Positions 57,899 to 64,000 of a stretch of 64,000 nt of DNA are shown here, piece by piece (position 1 is the stretch's first letter; each line of letters begins with the position of its first letter). The DNA is from Candidatus Multivoradales bacterium (GTDB lineage: Bacteria; Acidobacteriota; Thermoanaerobaculia; Multivoradales; JAHEKO01). The stretch lies in contig CBDCVR010000013.1 in assembly GCA_965223155.1 (NCBI GenBank), forward strand, positions 960,001 through 1,024,000, in the 5' to 3' direction. The notes beneath the pieces were generated by a model, which worked only from the letters and a program-made list of their open reading frames with translations, was not told the origin of the DNA and did not search any database. The translations under genes were made by a program, and so were the position numbers.

Positions 57899-58058
57899 CG
57901 TGACTCTCCTTCGGGCGACTCTTCCGTTGTCTCGACCCCACTTCCTTACACCAGGTATTACCATGTAGACTTGGGGGCGAGCAACCGCTTCGAGCCGGCC
58001 GGTCCTTGACTCGCGCTGCCGATCGGCGAGCGGGAGCGGCGAGATCCAAACGCAACCG

Positions 58059-59093
58059 ATGCCCCGAAGCCCCCTACTCGAGTCGCCCGAAACAATCCAA
58101 GGAATCGGCGAGGTCTACTCCGCCCGTCTCGGCGAGCTGGGCCTGACGTCGCTGACCGATCTGCTCCGGGCCTCGGCCGGCTGGGTCGCCGGGTACCTGG
58201 GTGTGGATCCCGAGCGGGTCGAGGCCTGGCAAGCTCAGGCAATCCTGCTGCGCTTGGACGAGACCGACCCCGACATTGCCGAAGCGCTGGTGGACGCCGG
58301 GCTCGATTCGACCACAGCGGTGGCCGACGCGGCTCTCTCGACTCTCGAGGGCGCGATGGCCGACGCGGTCGAGGCTGGACGGCTGGCCGAGGCGCCTTCG
58401 ACAAGTCGCCTCTCGACTTTGCACCGGGACGCGACCGCCAAGAAGGGGACCGGGGTGGTCGCCGGCAGCGTGACCCACGACGACGACCAGCCGGCCGCCG
58501 AGGTCGTCGTGTCTTGCGGCGGCACCTGGACCCGTACCGACGAGGACGGCGTCTTCGTGCTCGACGCGGTGCCCACGGGCAGCCACCGCCTCAGCGTGAC
58601 GGCCGAGGGCCGGCCCAATGCCAACCTCCAGATCTCGACCGCCTCCGACGAGGTTGCGGTCAGCCTGGCGATCCGAGTGCAGCGGACGCCGGGGAATCCG
58701 GCGCCCAGTCACGACGAACACCAGGGCGTGCTGGTGCGGATCGCCCGCGGCGCCGAGCTCCGGCTCGAGACCGTCCAGCTCGACGAGCTGCCGGCCGATA
58801 CCTACGTCATGGTGCGCAACATCGCCGGCCACGGCTCGACCCGGCTGATCGAGCTCTACAAGACTCAGACCGGCGGCGACATCGTGGTCCGGCGAGTCTA
58901 CGTCGATCAGAGAGAGCTCCCCGAGGGCTCCAAGGTGGGGGTCATTCTCAAACGCGTCGCCGGTGCGTTCGAAGTCACCGAGCTCAGCGTCGAAGACGTG
59001 GCCCGCCAAAAACTGGAGGCGATCCTGGGACCGCTCACCTTGGAGAGATCGGCGACCCGGCAAGTGTCGGCGTTGAGCCTCAACCAGGCCTGA
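58059..59093 (+). CDS. Helix-hairpin-helix (DUF4332-like) plus carboxypeptidase-regulatory-like domain protein
   Basis: IQGIGEVYSARLGELGLTSLTDL and AEALVDAGL; VAGSVT..TRTDEDGVFVLDAVPTGSHRLSVTAEG. Confidence 0.7.
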   Translation: MPRSPLLESPETIQGIGEVYSARLGELGLTSLTDLLRASAGWVAGYLGVDPERVEAWQAQAILLRLDETDPDIAEALVDAGLDSTTAVADAALSTLEGAMADAVEAGRLAEAPSTSRLSTLHRDATAKKGTGVVAGSVTHDDDQPAAEVVVSCGGTWTRTDEDGVFVLDAVPTGSHRLSVTAEGRPNANLQISTASDEVAVSLAIRVQRTPGNPAPSHDEHQGVLVRIARGAELRLETVQLDELPADTYVMVRNIAGHGSTRLIELYKTQTGGDIVVRRVYVDQRELPEGSKVGVILKRVAGAFEVTELSVEDVARQKLEAILGPLTLERSATRQVSALSLNQA

Positions 59094-59094
59094 C

Positions 59095-59718
59095 ATGTCC
59101 CAGACCATCTACTACTTCGACGGCAGCAGCGGCTGCGACCGCTGCGTGGGAGCTAGCGGGTACTCGCTTGAATCGCCCGAGCGCCCCCACGACGAGTGCG
59201 ACTGCCCGGTCACCGAGTACGAGGCCAGCGATCTCGACTTCTGCGAACGCAAGCTGCGGAATCTCTCGATCACCGAATGTGAGGACTACGTGAGGGCCAG
59301 CGAGTCCTTCGAATACTGCGGCCGCTCCGGCGAAGGAATCATCCTCCAGGTCGGCGAGGACAAGGTCGAGAACTTCGATCCCGGAGTGCGCGAGCTGGCC
59401 GAGGAGAGCGGCTGGCAGCCCCCGGACATCGATCTCGAGTTTCCCTTCGGCGCCGCTCACAACGCGGTTACGGAGGTCAACTACACGATCTTGCGGTATA
59501 TGGCCTACTTCGAGGCCGAGGTCTACTACGTCTGCGAGCTACCCGACGGCCCCACCGAGGAGATCGTCACCGGAGAGACCGCCACCGGAGAGTTCGAAAC
59601 CAACTACCAGGCCTACCTCAACGACCTCGGCGTCGAGCCCTGCTCGCGCGAGGGTCCTCATCCCGAGGACATCGACGTCGAGGTTCTCGACGAAGAACCG
59701 CCGCCGGACCTCAGCTAG
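59095..59718 (+). CDS. Acidic hypothetical protein with N-terminal CxxC..HxxCxC motif
   Basis: Starts 1 nt after the upstream stop; GCDRC and PHDECDC; GC3-rich codons. Confidence 0.7.
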   Translation: MSQTIYYFDGSSGCDRCVGASGYSLESPERPHDECDCPVTEYEASDLDFCERKLRNLSITECEDYVRASESFEYCGRSGEGIILQVGEDKVENFDPGVRELAEESGWQPPDIDLEFPFGAAHNAVTEVNYTILRYMAYFEAEVYYVCELPDGPTEEIVTGETATGEFETNYQAYLNDLGVEPCSREGPHPEDIDVEVLDEEPPPDLS

Positions 59719-59758
59719 CTGCAGAGTCCATGCGCGTGTGCCTGAAGCCGAAGGGCCT

Positions 59759-60757
59759 CTAGCCTCCCAGCGCGCGGGCCGGGCCGCTGGATGATCCGGA
59801 AGAGGGAACGAGCCTGCGAAACAATCGGGCTCGGTGCCGGCGGACCTCGGACGGGGACCAGCCGAAGGTCCGCCGGAAGTCGTAGGCGAAGTGACTCGGG
59901 CTCGAATAGCCATGCCTCGAACTCAGCGTCCTGAGCTCCTCGGTGGTCTCCAGAACCCCGGTCAGAGCTTTCCGCAACCGGAGCCGCCGGCGCGCTAGCG
60001 ACAGCGACAAACCGGTTTCGGCGCTAAAGCATCGCGACAGGTGCGACGGCGAGCAGCCCAGATGGCGCGCCATCGCCCGAAGCCCCGGCGAGCCTTCCGG
60101 CTGAACCGCCAGCAGTCGCCGGGCGCCAAGCGCCACGCGACGCTGGCCGCCGGACCGCCTACGGCCGAAAACCGCGGAACGAGGCGATGCCAGCGCCCGC
60201 GCAACGGCCCGTTCCGCCAGCGTCAGAACCAGACGCTCCAGCCGCAGAGCATCGAACGGTGCTCGACCCTCCGCGAGCTCGCCCAGCACCACCCGGGTAA
60301 CGAGAAACTCCAAGTCCGAGCACGCGGTGCGGCGAAAGAAGAAGGGCCGCTTCGGATCCACCGCCAACTCCCGTTCTGGACTGTCGACCAGCTCGGTGAA
60401 GATCTCAGGCCGTAACGACATCCACAGAACCGAGCCTCCGTACTCGAGATTCTCGACGACCGTCACGGGCTCGCCCGGATTGACGAAGACCAGATCGTTG
60501 CGATCGGCCACCAGCTCGGACTCCGCGCCCAGCGCCACCACCAAGCTGGTATCGGCGAGCATCAAGTACGGATCCCCTCGCCCGCATTCGAGCTGCCGTC
60601 CGAGCAGCGTCTCGCCCACGGGCACGAGCCCGATTTGGACCGCGTGCGACTCGAACAGAACCCGACGGGGCGGCGGTCCAGAATCCCGACAAGAAGCCTG
60701 CTTCTCGCCATCGTTTCCGAACCGTTCGGCCACCAGATGAAGCTCTACTAGCGACAT
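59759..60757 (-). CDS. AraC family transcriptional regulator
   Basis: C-terminal double HTH: MARHLGCSPSHLSRCF..RLRLRKA..GYSSPSHFAYDFRRTFGWSPSEVR; start is ATG 60757 or TTG 60778. Confidence 0.88.
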   Translation of the reverse strand: MSLVELHLVAERFGNDGEKQASCRDSGPPPRRVLFESHAVQIGLVPVGETLLGRQLECGRGDPYLMLADTSLVVALGAESELVADRNDLVFVNPGEPVTVVENLEYGGSVLWMSLRPEIFTELVDSPERELAVDPKRPFFFRRTACSDLEFLVTRVVLGELAEGRAPFDALRLERLVLTLAERAVARALASPRSAVFGRRRSGGQRRVALGARRLLAVQPEGSPGLRAMARHLGCSPSHLSRCFSAETGLSLSLARRRLRLRKALTGVLETTEELRTLSSRHGYSSPSHFAYDFRRTFGWSPSEVRRHRARLFRRLVPSSGSSSGPARALGG

Positions 60758-60989
60758 TCTCGGAGTCTGGTTTCGCAAGGAACGGGCCAGCGCTCAGGAT
60801 CAAGAACTCGACAGCCAGCGGGCTCCAAAGCTCTGAATCTTGAGCATGCGCTCGACACCGTTCCAAGCCCTTGAACGGCGTCCTCTTCAAGACGATGAAC
60901 GGCGGTTCCGCTCGGCATCGGACCTCGTCCCGGCTCCAACCTTTAGACGCAAGCCGAAAAACGAGCCCATTGCACCGGCTCCGAGACGG

Positions 60990-61005
60990 TGGCAATCGCC
61001 TTGCG
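60990..61005 (+). promoter_or_regulatory. Candidate sigma-54 promoter for the TonB-dependent receptor
   Basis: TGGCAATCGCCTTGCG has exact GG-N8-TTGC spacing, about 140 nt upstream of the ATG. Confidence 0.45.
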
Positions 61006-61143
61006 ACTTCCAGGTGACGTGTTCGAAACGTCGAATCCTCTCCGACCCGCAGCGTTCCCGAGGCGAGCGTCGTCTCGCAACACCGGTGTCCTGGAATCGC
61101 GACGGTCGGATGGATTCACCCTCCCAACGAAAGGAGACACACC

Positions 61144-64000
61144 ATGAATCGAAGTGGATTCCGAAATTCGATCGCGCTGGCCGCGGTCGCGATCCTCGCG
61201 GCTGCCAGCCTCGCGGTCGCCCAGGAAGAGACCGGCAACGTCCACGTTGTGGTCAGTGATCCTGAAGGCAGTCGCCTGCCCGGGGTCTCGGCCGCTCTGG
61301 ATTGCGGCGCCGGCATCCAGACCCAGTTCACCGACGGACAGGGTCAGGCACGCTTCCTGGCCCTCGATCCGGGCAACTGCATGCTGACGCTGCAGCTCGA
61401 CGGCTTCGGCCCCCTCGAGTATCCGGCCGTCAACGTTCGCGTTGCCAGCAACACCAGCGTCAAGGCGGTTATGACGCCGGCCATCACCGAGACCATCACC
61501 GTGACTCGCGAGAGTCCTCTTCTGGACGAGAAAAAGATTCAGCAGGGCACGACGATCTCACAGATCGAGCTGGAGAAGATTCCCACCGCCCGCGATCCGT
61601 GGTCGGTGCTTTCCCAGACCCCGGGCGTCATGGTCGATCGCATCAACGTCGGCGGCAACGAGAGTGGCCAGCAGTCGACGTTCACCGGTCCCGGCGTGTC
61701 GGACGATGAGAACGCCTTCCTCGTGGATGGCGTCGAAGTCACCGACATGGCCGCGATCGGCGCATCCCCCGGCTACTACGACTTCGACCAGTTCACCGAG
61801 ATGCAGTTCTCGACGGGTGGCACCGACGTCACCAAGTCGGCGGCCGGCGTTTCGGTCAACCTGGTGACGAAGCGTGGCACCAACGAGTTCCGCGGTTCGG
61901 CCCGCATCCTGCGCACCGACTCGAACGCGTTCGACGTCTTCACCCAGACGATCAACGTGCTGGAGTCCGGCAACGCGGATCTGGCATCGAATCAGCCCAG
62001 CTTCGTCGGCAACAGCATTCGCCAGATCACGGAATACGGCCTCGAGGCCGGTGGTCCGGTGATGCGCGACAAGCTCTGGTTCTGGGGCTCGTTCGGCAAC
62101 AACGACATCCGCAACCGCACTGGCGGCACGACGCTGGCCGACGTCCAGAGCGACGACACGGTGCTCGAGAGCACCGCGTTCAAGTTCAACGCGTCGCTTA
62201 CGGGCTCGAACTCGGCTCAGGGTTCGTGGAACAACGGTGACAAGCAGAAGTTCGGCCGTGACGCCAGTCCCACGCGGCCCCAAGCGACCGCCTTCAACCA
62301 GCGCGGTCCGACGGCGATCCTCAAGTTTGAAGACACCCACGTCTTCAACTCGAATCTCTTCCTCGGCGGCACCTGGGCGAAGGTGGACGGCGGCTTTAGC
62401 CTCCTCTGCATCGCCTGCGCCGGCGCCGGCAGCCTCGAGGCCACGCCCGAGGCCACCTGGAACGCCGACGGGGTCTGGCAGAACAGCTTCCTCTCCGGCG
62501 GCAACAGCCGGCCCTCCGAGGAGATCAAGATCGACGGCAACTACTTCTTCAACACCGGCTCGACCAACCACGAGATCAAGTTCGGCGCTCGCGAACGGCA
62601 GTTCGACACGATCAGCCCGTTCGCGTGGCCCGGCCGCGACGTGTTTCACGTCGACCTCGGTCTCTTCGGCGTTCCCGGCAACATCGAGTACGTGGTCGCC
62701 CATCGCGGCTTCACGCCGCCCGTGTCCCAGGAGTACACCTCGCTGTGGGCACAGGACACGATCAGCGCCGGTGACTGGACGGTCAACGTCGGTCTGCGCT
62801 TGGACCAGCAGGAGGGCTTCAACGAGGCCTTCGCGGTCGACGCGAATCCGGCCTTTCCGGACATCCTGCCGGCGGTGTCGATCAACGGCATCGACCCGGG
62901 CTTTTCGTGGGAGACCGTCTCCCCTCGCGTCGGCGTGACCTACGCTCTGGGCGAGGAGAACAAGACGCTTCTGCGCGCGAGCTTCGCTCAGTTCCCCGAG
63001 CAGCTCGAGACCAGCGACATCCAGCATGTCAATCCGCTCGGCTTCGCCTACGCCTACATGGTGTTCGAGGACGCCAACGGCGACCTCCTCTACCAAGAGG
63101 ACGAAACCGTACTGGGTCTCGACGGCGCGACCAACTTCGACCCATCCAACCCCGGGTCGGCGGTCAGCCCGAACAAGATCCAGGACGGTCTCGACGCTCC
63201 TCTCACGGACGAGATCCTGCTGTCGGTCGAGCACGCGTTCCTGCCCGAGTTCGTGGCCGGATTCAACGTCACACTGCGCAACACCAGCGACCTGCTGTCC
63301 CTGGAGCGCGAGATGATCGTCGATCCGGTGACCGGTCAGACCCGCGTCGCCACGGCGGCCGATTTCGCCCAAGACGGCACAGTCAGCGGTACGCTGCCCG
63401 ACGGCTCGACCTACAACGAGCCGGTCTTCGCCATTGCCTGCGGCAGTGCCTGCCGCACCGGCGGAACGCTGCTCGAGAACACCGATCGGGACATCGAGTA
63501 CCAGGGATACGGCGTCAACTTCATCAAGCGCCTGTCCAACCGCTGGATGGTCCGTGGTTACTTCAACTACGGCGACGCCGAGTACAAGCTGGGTAGCGCC
63601 TATGTCGCCAACGCCGATCCCAACAATGCCGAGGGTGGGTTTGACGACCAAGGTGGTCTGTTTGCGGTCCAGGCTGCCGGTTCCGGTGCCAAGCAGGACG
63701 TGTTCCTCCAGAGCACGTACCAGTGGAACCTGAACGGCATGTACCAGGTCGCTCCCGACCGTCCGTGGGGCTTCAACGTCGCGGCCAATCTCTTTGGTCG
63801 TGAAGGTACCCCGCTGCCGTACTACCACCGGGCTCGCCAGTCCGATGGCATCCGGCGCGACATCCAGGTCACGAGCGGTGTCGACTCGTTCCGTTCGGAC
63901 GACGTCAACACCGTCGATCTGCGGCTCGAGAAGGAGTTCGCAGCGACCGGGAACGTCGGGTTCACGGTGAGTCTCGACGCGTTCAACCTGCTCGACGAGG
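61144..64000 (+). CDS. TonB-dependent receptor, Oar-like, with N-terminal carboxypeptidase-regulatory domain (3' truncated; absent from ORF track)
   Basis: AAGGAG RBS; MNRSGFRNSIALAAVAILAAASLAVAQ signal; IPTARDPWSVLSQTPGV, VNLVTKRGTNEFRG, DKLWFWGS and SPRVG; still in frame at the window end (FTVSLDAFNLLDE). Confidence 0.93.
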   Translation, partial: MNRSGFRNSIALAAVAILAAASLAVAQEETGNVHVVVSDPEGSRLPGVSAALDCGAGIQTQFTDGQGQARFLALDPGNCMLTLQLDGFGPLEYPAVNVRVASNTSVKAVMTPAITETITVTRESPLLDEKKIQQGTTISQIELEKIPTARDPWSVLSQTPGVMVDRINVGGNESGQQSTFTGPGVSDDENAFLVDGVEVTDMAAIGASPGYYDFDQFTEMQFSTGGTDVTKSAAGVSVNLVTKRGTNEFRGSARILRTDSNAFDVFTQTINVLESGNADLASNQPSFVGNSIRQITEYGLEAGGPVMRDKLWFWGSFGNNDIRNRTGGTTLADVQSDDTVLESTAFKFNASLTGSNSAQGSWNNGDKQKFGRDASPTRPQATAFNQRGPTAILKFEDTHVFNSNLFLGGTWAKVDGGFSLLCIACAGAGSLEATPEATWNADGVWQNSFLSGGNSRPSEEIKIDGNYFFNTGSTNHEIKFGARERQFDTISPFAWPGRDVFHVDLGLFGVPGNIEYVVAHRGFTPPVSQEYTSLWAQDTISAGDWTVNVGLRLDQQEGFNEAFAVDANPAFPDILPAVSINGIDPGFSWETVSPRVGVTYALGEENKTLLRASFAQFPEQLETSDIQHVNPLGFAYAYMVFEDANGDLLYQEDETVLGLDGATNFDPSNPGSAVSPNKIQDGLDAPLTDEILLSVEHAFLPEFVAGFNVTLRNTSDLLSLEREMIVDPVTGQTRVATAADFAQDGTVSGTLPDGSTYNEPVFAIACGSACRTGGTLLENTDRDIEYQGYGVNFIKRLSNRWMVRGYFNYGDAEYKLGSAYVANADPNNAEGGFDDQGGLFAVQAAGSGAKQDVFLQSTYQWNLNGMYQVAPDRPWGFNVAANLFGREGTPLPYYHRARQSDGIRRDIQVTSGVDSFRSDDVNTVDLRLEKEFAATGNVGFTVSLDAFNLLDE

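Noticed and set aside
61558-63828. 756 aa minus-strand ORF
   Set aside because: Antisense of the TonB-dependent receptor, which the track omitted because it has no stop within the window.

Overview
GC-rich, densely coding bacterial window with about 46 CDS and no rRNA, tRNA, CRISPR array or mobile element that I can see. Gene content (an Oar-type TonB receptor and a secreted protein with a 'CLRGGRF..ELLVKVLD..FWVFAAATTNVE' tail) suggests an Acidobacteriota, possibly Thermoanaerobaculia-like, genome; this is an inference. Housekeeping genes include ppc, apaG, LOG, Nudix, EamA, YfcC, MATE, an RND pair, an S46 peptidase, OmpA and pirin. The more unusual content is: (1) a 12.2 kb four-gene operon of uncharacterised, probably exported proteins, with two proteins sharing three copies of an unrecognised His/Asp/Trp-Trp domain followed by a ~1500 aa Tat-signal giant and a coupled ~1500 aa signal-less giant; (2) a UxxC thioredoxin-fold selenoprotein candidate missed by the ORF track (in-frame TGA plus a SECIS-like hairpin); (3) a heme-copper oxidoreductase operon with the active-site Tyr replaced by Gln (eNOR-type), a 47 aa small subunit below the ORF cutoff, and a facing cytochrome b-ferredoxin-MvhD fusion; (4) a PqqD/RRE-kinase-nucleotidyltransferase(-GT2) cluster whose RRE appears to carry its own leader-like peptide; (5) eukaryote-like secreted enzymes (CD39/GDA1 NTPDase and an animal-type heme peroxidase). 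All family calls are from motif recognition by eye; no database searches were run.
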